Source: a virus
Lineage: Duplodnaviria > Caudoviricetes
Reading direction: 5' to 3' (one strand)
Length of the DNA stretch: 49,966 nt
Virus record (IMG/VR): IMGVR_UViG_3300017785_006608
Span: 1-49,966 of that record
Shown: positions 16,747-25,862 of the stretch, in pieces
Numbering within the stretch: position 1 is the stretch's first letter
Layout: each line of letters opens with the position of its first letter
Program-made: the position numbers and the translations under genes
Notes under the pieces: generated by a model
Database searches by the model: none
What the model was told of the DNA's origin: nothing
Seen by the model: the letters and a program-made list of their open reading frames with translations, nothing else

Positions 16747-17442
16747 GTGTTTCTTCTCAAGCTCATGAATGTTTGCCGCGCGCCGGAAGGCGACGGTGGT
16801 GGTGCCGGTGCCGGTGCCGGTGGACAGACTCCGGCCGCTCCGGCCGCTCCGGTGGCTCAGGCTCCCGTGGTCCAGCAGGCCCCGGCGTTCAGCGCCCGCT
16901 CCCACATGCAGCGTTTCCTCAAGACCCCGGAAGCTCCTCAGGTCCGGACCGAGGACGCCGGCAAGCCCTGGACCCACTCGGACCAGCAGGCCCACGATCG
17001 CCGCATGTCGGAGATCAACCAGACCCGCTCCTTCCACGAGGGCCTGCTCGGTCTCGCCGAGAAGCCCTTCGTCTACGGTGAGGGAGACAATGCCCTCACC
17101 TTCGCGTTCTCGGACGCTCCCAGCGTCGAAGGCTACCTCAAGCAGGTCGCCGCCTACGCCGAGAAGGGGTTCACCCCGCAGGACGCCGCCAAGCTCTACC
17201 ACTTCGACGCCGCCATCCAACAGGCCCGCGAGCAAGGTGCTCGCGCCGCAGAGAAGCGCCTCATGACCCAACGTCAGCAGGTCGCCGACGCGTCGGGGAC
17301 CGCAGACGGTGCCGGTGACCCGTTGGCCGAGCCCAAGCGTCCGGCCAAGCAGAAGGGCAACCTCTCGGTGGAGGAAATCTTCGCCAAGAGCTTCCCCGAG
17401 GAACACAAGCGCGTCATGAAAGATGGTTTCAATCTCGGGTAG
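16747..17442 (+). CDS. Capsid scaffolding protein
   Basis: GGAGG SD then GTG 16747; Gly/Ala/Pro-rich N-terminus; immediately before the capsid gene. Confidence 0.75.
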   Translation: MFLLKLMNVCRAPEGDGGGAGAGAGGQTPAAPAAPVAQAPVVQQAPAFSARSHMQRFLKTPEAPQVRTEDAGKPWTHSDQQAHDRRMSEINQTRSFHEGLLGLAEKPFVYGEGDNALTFAFSDAPSVEGYLKQVAAYAEKGFTPQDAAKLYHFDAAIQQAREQGARAAEKRLMTQRQQVADASGTADGAGDPLAEPKRPAKQKGNLSVEEIFAKSFPEEHKRVMKDGFNLG

Positions 17443-17501
17443 TTAGCTTTGCGGGATAGTCACCCGCCAGCGAAGCTGCCCATCATCAGGGAGAGGCACA
17501 C

Positions 17502-18614
17502 ATGGGTTCCCGTCAAGAATACAGTGACAACTGGAGGCTGATCCAGGCCACCGACGAGCGTTCCCGCACGCTCGTGATCCAGGAGCTCAAGAAGAGCTAC
17601 CTATACTACCGCATCCTCCAGGTGGGGAACATCATCAACATCCACGACACGTTGGAGGTGCCTATGTACGTGGCGCCCCCCGTGTCGGGGCGCTGGATCG
17701 ATCGGGGCGACTCCCTCCCCGACCACCAGACCACGGCCGCGCAGATGGGGTTCTGGACGAACCGCTACTGCGTCTTCCCGACCGGCTTCGACCTCCTGGA
17801 GGCGATGCAGAAGGAAGGAGACCAGGCCCAGTTGTTCGACCTCGCCGAGATGCGCGCCGCCGAGCTCGCCTGGGCGATGCGCCGCACGCTCTCTGCGGCC
17901 CTCTTCTCCGGCCAGGGCGGGAAGCAGCCGGACGGTCTCTCCAACATGATCGAGAAGGCCGCGCCGGCCTCTCAGGTCAAGGTTGTGAGCGGCGTCGACA
18001 AGGCCACGAAGGCGTGGTTCCGCAACAAGTTCGTCCAGCTCGCGGCGAACTTCGGGACGATCGCGGCCGGCTCGACCGTCCCCGCCGGTCTCCTCGCGTT
18101 CCTCCAGCTCAAGACGCAGACCACGGTCGGCACCAACGAAGCGTCCGACTTCTGCACGCACAAGGACGTGTGGGAGATGTTCCGCCGCGCGATGCTCGAG
18201 ATCGGCTCGCACTACGCGCTCATCACCGAGCGCAAGCAGGCTGAGTTCGGTCACAAGGGCTTCATGATCGACGGCGCCCACCTCGCGTGGGACGTGAACT
18301 GCCCGGCGGACACGATCTACGCTCTCCATCTCGAGGACAACCACAAGGAGGAGAACAAGAACGGCCCCGGCGACAAGGCCCAGATGGACACCGACTTCGA
18401 GGACATGGGTGTCAAGTCCCCCCTCAAGATGTCCGGCAACATCGGCATCGCGATGCACCCCAAGATCAAGTGGCGCAAGATCAGCCCGCGCCAGCCGTAC
18501 CGCCAGATGAGCGAGACCTCCTGGACGATCACCTCGTTCAACCCGGTCATGTCCCGCATGTCCGACAACGGTGTCGCCGGTTCGGACAACGGCCTTCGCT
18601 GGAGTACCTGGTAA
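17502..18614 (+). CDS. Major capsid protein
   Basis: 370 aa, strongest codon bias; LFSGQGGKQPDGL, SGVDKATKAWFRN and FMIDGAHLAWDVNCP are typical of HK97-fold capsids. Confidence 0.88.
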   Translation: MGSRQEYSDNWRLIQATDERSRTLVIQELKKSYLYYRILQVGNIINIHDTLEVPMYVAPPVSGRWIDRGDSLPDHQTTAAQMGFWTNRYCVFPTGFDLLEAMQKEGDQAQLFDLAEMRAAELAWAMRRTLSAALFSGQGGKQPDGLSNMIEKAAPASQVKVVSGVDKATKAWFRNKFVQLAANFGTIAAGSTVPAGLLAFLQLKTQTTVGTNEASDFCTHKDVWEMFRRAMLEIGSHYALITERKQAEFGHKGFMIDGAHLAWDVNCPADTIYALHLEDNHKEENKNGPGDKAQMDTDFEDMGVKSPLKMSGNIGIAMHPKIKWRKISPRQPYRQMSETSWTITSFNPVMSRMSDNGVAGSDNGLRWSTW

Positions 18615-19120
18615 TGGACGGCCTCGCTTCCAAGTCGGTCCTCGACCGCATCGAGGCGTTCTTCGCTACCAACACACCGACGACGCTCGCGGCGGCGGTG
18701 GCGGCGGTCAAAGCGGTTGTCGACGCCATCCAGGTGACGACCGACCTTCTCCAGGGTCAGCACATCTCCAACCAGACCAAGGTCTACCCGACGCTCGCCA
18801 ACGGCGTGCTTGTCACCGGTGGCGCCGGAGTGTGGGTTCTCGGCGCCTCGGCCGAGATCGTGCCGGCCAACGGTATCGCGGTCCCGTTCTACGTCGATGC
18901 CCTGGAGTGCACCACGACTTCCGGCGCCGGCCAGTTCGAGATCGTGCTCTACCACGGCGCGGCGGATACCGAGTTCGCTCGGTTCCGCACCTCCAACGGC
19001 AACCGCATGACCATGCGCGCCGTCAAGAAGATCCCCGCCAACGACAAGATCACGGCCAAGCTCGCCACCCTCGCGGGCGGCGCGCAGACCATGACCACCA
19101 ACATCTCCTACCACCCGTAA
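18614..19120 (+). CDS. Virion structural protein (decoration-like)
   Basis: TAATG coupling; Ala/Thr/Gly-rich and beta-rich. Confidence 0.7.
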   Translation: MDGLASKSVLDRIEAFFATNTPTTLAAAVAAVKAVVDAIQVTTDLLQGQHISNQTKVYPTLANGVLVTGGAGVWVLGASAEIVPANGIAVPFYVDALECTTTSGAGQFEIVLYHGAADTEFARFRTSNGNRMTMRAVKKIPANDKITAKLATLAGGAQTMTTNISYHP

Positions 19121-19130
19121 GGGGGCAATC

Positions 19131-19868
19131 ATGGCTCGTCATCGTCCTCAGGACGGCACCTGGACCGACAAGGCGCCGTACCCGTTCTACCGACCCCCGA
19201 ACGCCGTGGTCAAGGCTTCCGAGGTCGCCTACCGCGAAATCATCGCGGGTTCCGACCTCTACGCCGCGGGCGAGAACCGTGAAGTGATCTGGGAGCTCAA
19301 GGACTCCACCAACACCAAGATCCACTACGAGTTCACCCCCTACGTCCATCCCACGGGCGCGGCGGCGATCACGTTGGGGACCGTTGCCTACGACGCCGTC
19401 GGCAACGCGACCTACACTCCGACCAAGGAGGGGCTCTTCCTCTCCGAGGCTGGTGTGCTGATCGCGGCCACCGAAGAGGTCGAGGACATCGCCGGCGCGC
19501 TGCTCACCGACTACTACTACCACGTCACGGACGAGCTCGAGACCTACGAGGCCCACCGGGTCCTCACGATCTCCGCGGGCGATTTCCTGTGGTTGGTGCG
19601 TCGGTGCTCCAAGTACGAGGCCAAGGCGTCGACCGCGATCACCGCGAACGACATCGTAATCTCCTCCACCACGGTCGCGGGAGAAGTTGAGGCCGCCGGT
19701 GCCATCAACACCGCCGGCACGATCGCGCAGTACAACACGAGCCTGTTCAAGAACCTCCTCGGGGATGCGAACCCCCGGGCGTTCGGGATGGGTCTCGCGT
19801 CGGAGACGATCGGCGCGGCCGGCTTCTTCGACCTGGAGCTCCTGCTTCCGCCCCGCCTTCTGCGGTAG
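19131..19868 (+). CDS. Virion structural protein (cement/decoration-like)
   Basis: High codon bias; last gene before the head-module terminator. Confidence 0.7.
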   Translation: MARHRPQDGTWTDKAPYPFYRPPNAVVKASEVAYREIIAGSDLYAAGENREVIWELKDSTNTKIHYEFTPYVHPTGAAAITLGTVAYDAVGNATYTPTKEGLFLSEAGVLIAATEEVEDIAGALLTDYYYHVTDELETYEAHRVLTISAGDFLWLVRRCSKYEAKASTAITANDIVISSTTVAGEVEAAGAINTAGTIAQYNTSLFKNLLGDANPRAFGMGLASETIGAAGFFDLELLLPPRLLR

Positions 19869-19885
19869 TCGTTCCTGACCGGAAC

Positions 19886-19917
19886 GGCCGGCGAGGAGAA
19901 ATCCTCGCCGGCCTTCG
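19886..19917 (+). terminator. Terminator hairpin after the head genes
   Basis: GGCCGGCGAGGA-GAAA-TCCTCGCCGGCC with a short T tail. Confidence 0.75.
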
Positions 19918-19938
19918 TCGGTCCAGGGGTACTCATTC

Positions 19939-21231
19939 ATGGCTACCATCCGCGTTGACGAACTGATGGCGACGTTCTCCGCGGGGCTGGGAACCAGTGC
20001 GGTTGTAGATTCCCTTTACCACGCGCTGGAGGAAGAGTACAGTCTCCTGCGAGAGAAGTCCTGGGTGTGGAACTGGGTCATGGTCGACCTGCTCACCAAG
20101 GCCGCCGTGGCCGAGCCCCAACCGGCGACCTTTAGCTGGGTCGAGGGTCAGACTTACGTCACTTGTACGCAGAACCTCTCGCTGGGGTTTCTGATGACAG
20201 GTCGCGTGGTAATGCTCGGTGACGAGTGGTACCGCGTGTTGGACTACGGACTGTTCAACTCCGCCCGCTTCTACGTGGACCGTGAGATCCTGGGCAGTTC
20301 CACTGGCAACGTCCTTTACTTCTCGCGCAACACGTACTGCCTCCGCACGACGGTGGTCGACTACATTCGTCTGGATGGAAAGCGCAAGCTGTCGCGGCTG
20401 TCGCCGACTTTCCTCTCCATCCGCTTCTGTGGGAATGTCCATCCAAACTTGGGCAACCCCACCTCCTATGTAGATGAAGACAACACGCACCGCGAGATCC
20501 CTGCTCCCGGCTACGCTCCGGTTGTGAGCAGCGCGGGATCGGGCGTGCTCGCCAACGGGACGTACACATACTTCTACACGAGGTATGATCCCGAGACGGG
20601 ACTGGAATCCGACCCCGGGCCGTCGCAGACCTACGTCAATACGACGGGTTTCGCCGCGTCGGTTGTTTACGGCAATCCCGCGGCCGACCGCTCGGAAAGT
20701 ACGTCGTACTACCTGCGCCTGTATCGATCGTTGGAGAACCGTTCTACTCCACGCCAGCGGCCCCCGATGTGGCTTGTCCAGGAACGGACGGCCGCGACGG
20801 CGGGAAGCCCCCACATCGACCCTATCTCGGACGTCGTGCTGGTAACGGCCACCCGTTACTATGACGGAGCCAAGACCCTGATCCGGCTGTGGCCGCCCCC
20901 GGACGCTACTCGCCACTCGCTCAATACCAGACACGTCAACTGCTGGGGCCGCCGTCCCTACGAGAAGGACTACCTAAACCTCGGTCGCAACGACGAGGTC
21001 CTGGAGCTTCTCCGCATCTTTCTCAAGGGCGTGCTGGACCTCCAAGGGGGGGACGCCCAGAGTCAGCGGACGGCTTCGGTCATCTTCCGTCAGCAGTTGA
21101 AGTACCTCCTCAACGAGTCCCGCCCCGCCGCCGACGGCGACCAGGGACCGGAGACTCACTTCCCCCCGGTAGCGGGCCCGAGTATCATTGATGGCGGCGA
21201 CTGGGTCGAAGCCTTGAACTGGAAGGAATAG
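19939..21231 (+). CDS. Putative head-tail adaptor (tail tubular A-like)
   Basis: Helical N-terminus with WVWNW, an inserted beta domain (GTYTYFYT...TGLESDP), and position. Confidence 0.6.
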   Translation: MATIRVDELMATFSAGLGTSAVVDSLYHALEEEYSLLREKSWVWNWVMVDLLTKAAVAEPQPATFSWVEGQTYVTCTQNLSLGFLMTGRVVMLGDEWYRVLDYGLFNSARFYVDREILGSSTGNVLYFSRNTYCLRTTVVDYIRLDGKRKLSRLSPTFLSIRFCGNVHPNLGNPTSYVDEDNTHREIPAPGYAPVVSSAGSGVLANGTYTYFYTRYDPETGLESDPGPSQTYVNTTGFAASVVYGNPAADRSESTSYYLRLYRSLENRSTPRQRPPMWLVQERTAATAGSPHIDPISDVVLVTATRYYDGAKTLIRLWPPPDATRHSLNTRHVNCWGRRPYEKDYLNLGRNDEVLELLRIFLKGVLDLQGGDAQSQRTASVIFRQQLKYLLNESRPAADGDQGPETHFPPVAGPSIIDGGDWVEALNWKE

Positions 21232-23259
21232 ATGGAAGAAACTCCGCGCCTTCCCCGTGAGCTCTACCTTCGCTTCGGTCCTGGGCTGATCGACGCCCAG
21301 CAGACCGATCTTGCCCGACTCGGGGAGGGCAGCGTCAACTTCTACCCCTCCGACGAGGGTGAGTACCTCCAAAACTACCCGGGCCGCACGGACTACTTCC
21401 AGCGCAACAAGAACGACAGTTACATCGGGACTCCTCCCTCGCTGTCGACCAGCATCACCCGGATGACCATCTTCTTGGACTTCCGGGGCAAGGAGCATCT
21501 GGTCTTTGTCCAGGGTGCCAACCTGTGTGAGAGCTACGGCAACGGCTTCCGGGTCCTCTACACCTTCCTCGGCCAGCCGTTCAGTGACCGGTACTACCCG
21601 GCTATCTTCGTCCATGCCGCCAAACTGATCATCGCGAACCATGGCGATCCGGTTCTGATGTGGGATGGCCTGGAGAACGTACACCCGCTGGGAGTGCAGG
21701 AAGCAGGACTTCCTCCCGAGGTTCGCGTCTCTCTCCCACCGTTCGTAGCTGCCTGGGTCTATGGGGCTTTCGCCTACGCGACGTACTGGTGGACGCAGAA
21801 GGCCCCCATCTCCGGGCCGAGTAAGTGCAAGGGTGCGGACGGAACTACCCGAGTTTCCTACTACGGGGAGGCCGTCATCCAGTTCGAGGACAAGTATGGT
21901 AACAAGGGTCGCTGCTCTCCTCCTTCTCGTATCTTCGAGGTCAAACCTGAGTATGACCCTGTCCTGTACGAGGGTGCCCCGGCTTACTTCGTATCCGAGT
22001 TCGCCGTTGCCGACTACTACCCTCCCCTGGTAGAAGACCACATCACCGGGGTCACATTCGGTCGCACACTTAATCTCAACCCCGATGGTGGGCTTGGCTC
22101 CCACGGAATCTACTACAAAGAATCCCATCGGCAACAGACGGTCTACAACCGGATCACGATGCAGGCTACTGACGCGGTCCTGACCGCGGGTGGCCTGATC
22201 GATACCTTGGTGAGCGGTCCTCCCCAGGCTTCCGGCGGCTGCTCGTGGAAAGAGCTCGTGGTGTTGTGGGGACTGGAGGACGCGAATGTCGTGGCTATCT
22301 CTGATGACGGGTTCTTCGGACAGTTCCGAGGAAGTCGCCAGTTTCGGGCGAATGACAATGTGCGCGCCGGAGTCCCCATGGGGGACCGCCTCGCTGTCAT
22401 TACTCGATCCACTGTGGAGGTACTGTATCTCGCTAACGATGGGTCGCTCGGGGTCCTCCAACAGGATTTCGCCAATGGTTCGCTCTACGGGCGTTCGTTT
22501 GTTGATGTTGGGGATGGCACAATCTTTGGCCTCTGGAATCGCGGCTTCGCGTTCTACAACGGCGAAACCCACGACTTCGTGGAGTGTCCCTACTACCTCA
22601 AGGCCCTATATCTCGACGAGCGATTTCACGTCCAGTCGGCGGTAAAGGCCAACGAGTGGTACATCCTGACCGTCAGGAAAGACCTGGTCTCTGCCAAGAA
22701 CAACTACATGATCCTGTACCATCTGACGGTACGTCAGTGGTACTTGATTGAAGAGTCGGTCTTCGACCTGTGCTTCTGGGACAACAAGTTCTACGGCTGC
22801 GACAACTCGATCTACCAGTTGTTCCGTGGGACCTACAGCCGCCCGGCGGTGGTGTCGGTCAGGGGGCTGATCCCCCAGGGATCCACCATCTTGAGCCAAC
22901 GCTCGGTCATGAACCTGCGTCTGCTGCTCCAGCCGTCCTCGTCGGCGCAGTTCGGAGTGGACCTGACGGGCGAGTTCAACTCCAACGAAGCCGAATCAGA
23001 CCCCACCTTCTCTCTCCCCTCGGCCCAGTCCGTAGACCGGGCTCGCCAGCCGGTCGACCATTGGGGGAAGGTGAACCTCCTGTACTCCGACCGCCCGCGC
23101 TGGATCGCTCCGCGGGACGTGTGGATCACCCCCGTAATCGGAAATAGCGTGGCCGGGTATAGCCATAGCGTCAAGGTGACGTTCCCGGTAGGGCACCTCG
23201 TCAAGATCAAGGCACTGGGGATCGTCTTCGGTGTCGACCAGCGGACCAACCTGACATGA
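21232..23259 (+). CDS. Putative tail nozzle / stabilisation protein (beta-propeller-like)
   Basis: 675 aa, aromatic and beta-rich, follows the adaptor as in podoviruses. Confidence 0.65.
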   Translation: MEETPRLPRELYLRFGPGLIDAQQTDLARLGEGSVNFYPSDEGEYLQNYPGRTDYFQRNKNDSYIGTPPSLSTSITRMTIFLDFRGKEHLVFVQGANLCESYGNGFRVLYTFLGQPFSDRYYPAIFVHAAKLIIANHGDPVLMWDGLENVHPLGVQEAGLPPEVRVSLPPFVAAWVYGAFAYATYWWTQKAPISGPSKCKGADGTTRVSYYGEAVIQFEDKYGNKGRCSPPSRIFEVKPEYDPVLYEGAPAYFVSEFAVADYYPPLVEDHITGVTFGRTLNLNPDGGLGSHGIYYKESHRQQTVYNRITMQATDAVLTAGGLIDTLVSGPPQASGGCSWKELVVLWGLEDANVVAISDDGFFGQFRGSRQFRANDNVRAGVPMGDRLAVITRSTVEVLYLANDGSLGVLQQDFANGSLYGRSFVDVGDGTIFGLWNRGFAFYNGETHDFVECPYYLKALYLDERFHVQSAVKANEWYILTVRKDLVSAKNNYMILYHLTVRQWYLIEESVFDLCFWDNKFYGCDNSIYQLFRGTYSRPAVVSVRGLIPQGSTILSQRSVMNLRLLLQPSSSAQFGVDLTGEFNSNEAESDPTFSLPSAQSVDRARQPVDHWGKVNLLYSDRPRWIAPRDVWITPVIGNSVAGYSHSVKVTFPVGHLVKIKALGIVFGVDQRTNLT

Positions 23260-23414
23260 TCAAGCTGAGCACTACCTCTCTGGATCGGGTGCGCTGGAAA
23301 GCGTCGGGTCTGGACAAGCCTGCGCCTCGCCAACTACCGGCGTTGAAGCAGGCTTTGATCGATAGAGACTTGCCTCCTAATACGAACCGTGCTAAGGTCG
23401 TGTTACCAACATGA
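23256..23414 (+). CDS. Small hypothetical protein (52 aa)
   Basis: Below the ORF-track cutoff; ATGA overlaps at both ends (MIKLSTTSLDRVRWK...). Confidence 0.7.
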   Translation: MIKLSTTSLDRVRWKASGLDKPAPRQLPALKQALIDRDLPPNTNRAKVVLPT

Positions 23415-24043
23415 ACGGATCTATCCGACTGTACCAACTGAGCTCCGGCGCGGCCCTCAATCGGCGCGTGATCGTAGAGCTCTTTCTGGAAGCCGCCGGA
23501 CGTTTGACCACGATCCGGAACGGCTACGTGGGAGACTCCCAGGTCCGGCGCACGATGATGCGGATCGACGCGATCAAGGAGTTGCAAGCCAACTATCAGG
23601 TCAGCATGGGCTACCTTACTCCCAACATGGGACATCAGGTCCCTGGCACGGGGCTGGAAGTTCTCAACGACGACTCGTACTTCGAGGGGATCCTTTCCTA
23701 CTCGTTGGACGTTTCGATGCCGGAAGACTACGGTCGCCGTGTGTACGCGTGGCCCGTGCTGGATGGAAAAGCCTTGTGGGCAGGGGAAAGCTGGGCCGAG
23801 GTAGACCAACTCCTTAGCTACGTCGCTGGCACGACCAATCCTGCCACGACGATCGCTAACCCTTCGATCTTGGCTGGTCAACTCCAGGCCTCCGATGAAG
23901 AAGGAACCAACATCACGTTGGGTAACGACTGTGCAGTCGTGGGCTTCAACGCTCGCTCGTACTGCGGAGTGCTGATCGCCACGCTGGCTGGACCTGCCAA
24001 GGTCCATCGCGCGCAGATCCAGTTGGAGAAGCAGATCCGATGA
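23411..24043 (+). CDS. Putative tail protein
   Basis: Coupled ORF in the tail module. Confidence 0.7.
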   Translation: MNGSIRLYQLSSGAALNRRVIVELFLEAAGRLTTIRNGYVGDSQVRRTMMRIDAIKELQANYQVSMGYLTPNMGHQVPGTGLEVLNDDSYFEGILSYSLDVSMPEDYGRRVYAWPVLDGKALWAGESWAEVDQLLSYVAGTTNPATTIANPSILAGQLQASDEEGTNITLGNDCAVVGFNARSYCGVLIATLAGPAKVHRAQIQLEKQIR

Positions 24044-24723
24044 TCACCTTCACCAAAGAGATCGACCAGAAGTTTCTGCTCGATACGGACCTGGACACCC
24101 TGTTCTCGGACCTTGAAGATTTCGTCAATACGGTCAAGCTACCGACGACGGACTTCGAGCCGGCCGCGGTGGACCAGCGACTGGTGTACGCGCCCCTGGA
24201 GATTTGGCTCGCCGCGGAGTTCTCTTACCCACTCACGATCACCAACCCGCTTGCCGGGTACTACCTGATCGGAGAGTCGGTTCTCGACCACGATACCAAC
24301 CTGACCGAAGCTCGCAACAAGGGAGTCAACGGTCAGCCGGTCTTCCTCGTGGCCGCGTACCTGTCGGGAGCGAACGTCAAGTACGACGCTACGGTCCCTT
24401 CCAAGTTTCACATCGGACGTTGGAACGGTTCTGCGTGGGTCATTCTCACCACCACCACGCGCACGATGGGGCAGGCCAACGGGGAAGTTCGTCGCATCTA
24501 CAACGCCATGACCAACGATCACTACATCACGGGTGTCGCCGGCTACGTGCCGATGAACCACGCTCGGGACCGTGGGATCGTACTTCTGGCCTCGTTCGGC
24601 GGTGATGTCCAGAACGGACCCTCCAACTCCTCCAACCGGTTTGCGGTGTTCGCGTCAGACGTGTCCAACTTCGCGATGGTGGAAGGCATGATCATGCTGA
24701 GCGCCCGGGAGAATGGTTTCTAA
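24040..24723 (+). CDS. Putative tail protein
   Basis: ATGA coupling; beta-rich. Confidence 0.7.
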   Translation: MITFTKEIDQKFLLDTDLDTLFSDLEDFVNTVKLPTTDFEPAAVDQRLVYAPLEIWLAAEFSYPLTITNPLAGYYLIGESVLDHDTNLTEARNKGVNGQPVFLVAAYLSGANVKYDATVPSKFHIGRWNGSAWVILTTTTRTMGQANGEVRRIYNAMTNDHYITGVAGYVPMNHARDRGIVLLASFGGDVQNGPSNSSNRFAVFASDVSNFAMVEGMIMLSARENGF

Positions 24724-25853
24724 TGTCTGTCACCATTACCGCCGTGGGTACGACCTGTGTCGTTTCCATCGTAGACAACAACTTCCTCACGTTGCAGGAC
24801 TTGTGCCGGTCGGGGATTATCACCGCTGACATGACCGGGACGTTCGACCGCTACCAGGTCCTGCGGTATACCAGCGGTCGCATCGTGTCGATGGAGCAGT
24901 TTGCGTCGCCGTTCCTGATCGCCGACCGGGCCAACATCGACGGCATCTTCGATCTCTCGTTTCGTCACGTTCCGGGCGTCTCCGATGCGAACGCGCCCGA
25001 GGAGAAGACTCGCTCCAACTACGCGATGGAGTTGTTGGGGCGGCCGGGGCCGTCGTTCCAACAGCAGTTCCAAGAAGACGGTATCAACACCGCGACCGTT
25101 CCTGGCTGGCCTCCCGCGTGGTGGCCGATCGACCGTTACCCTAAGGAGCTCTGCTTCTCCAAGTGGCTCACGGTCCCGCACGCAGGGAAGCACCTCTACG
25201 TAGAGGAGCCTTGCGTAGTGTACGTGAAGGCGTCGTGCAAGGCGTCGCTCAACGCCTTTCGCATCCTGGCCCGGGGACAGACCACCACCATCGGGACCTA
25301 CAACCCGGACTACTTCAACTGGCGTAACGCTCACCTGGGACGCTTCGGTCTGATCGTGGACACGAACCCGAAGCTCTACGATGAGTTCGCTAACGTGAAT
25401 CCCAACATCGTGGACCCTGTCACGGGCGCGATGGCCCCCTACGTGTCCTGGAAGATCATCCGCGATCGGACGTTTTTTCTGCCGCAGCGCGCCAACATCT
25501 CTTTGCGCGCGTCGATCGCACTGGCGGGGCGCCGAGCGTACAACTTCCGTCTTGCGTACCGGGATGCGGCCCACCACGGGTACGCGGACCTTTCGCTCGG
25601 GAACTACTACTCCGGCAACTGGGAGTCCGCGGACCCCGCGGTCATCTTCCACGAACCTATCTTCAACGCGTCATGGGTGACGGACCTGGGGACATACCTC
25701 CCCGGCCCGACCACGCGACAGAGCGAACCTAAGTACGCGTTCTACCCTTCCTGGATCAACCTGTGGGAGAGTGCTTCTCTCACCTTGGCGTTCAAGTACG
25801 ACCGTGAAACGGCCTACTCCAAGAACTCCACCGATCCTGATTTCGTTCCCTAA
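24723..25853 (+). CDS. Putative tail / receptor-binding protein
   Basis: TAATG coupling; aromatic-rich, 376 aa. Confidence 0.65.
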   Translation: MSVTITAVGTTCVVSIVDNNFLTLQDLCRSGIITADMTGTFDRYQVLRYTSGRIVSMEQFASPFLIADRANIDGIFDLSFRHVPGVSDANAPEEKTRSNYAMELLGRPGPSFQQQFQEDGINTATVPGWPPAWWPIDRYPKELCFSKWLTVPHAGKHLYVEEPCVVYVKASCKASLNAFRILARGQTTTIGTYNPDYFNWRNAHLGRFGLIVDTNPKLYDEFANVNPNIVDPVTGAMAPYVSWKIIRDRTFFLPQRANISLRASIALAGRRAYNFRLAYRDAAHHGYADLSLGNYYSGNWESADPAVIFHEPIFNASWVTDLGTYLPGPTTRQSEPKYAFYPSWINLWESASLTLAFKYDRETAYSKNSTDPDFVP

Positions 25854-25862
25854 GGAGTCACT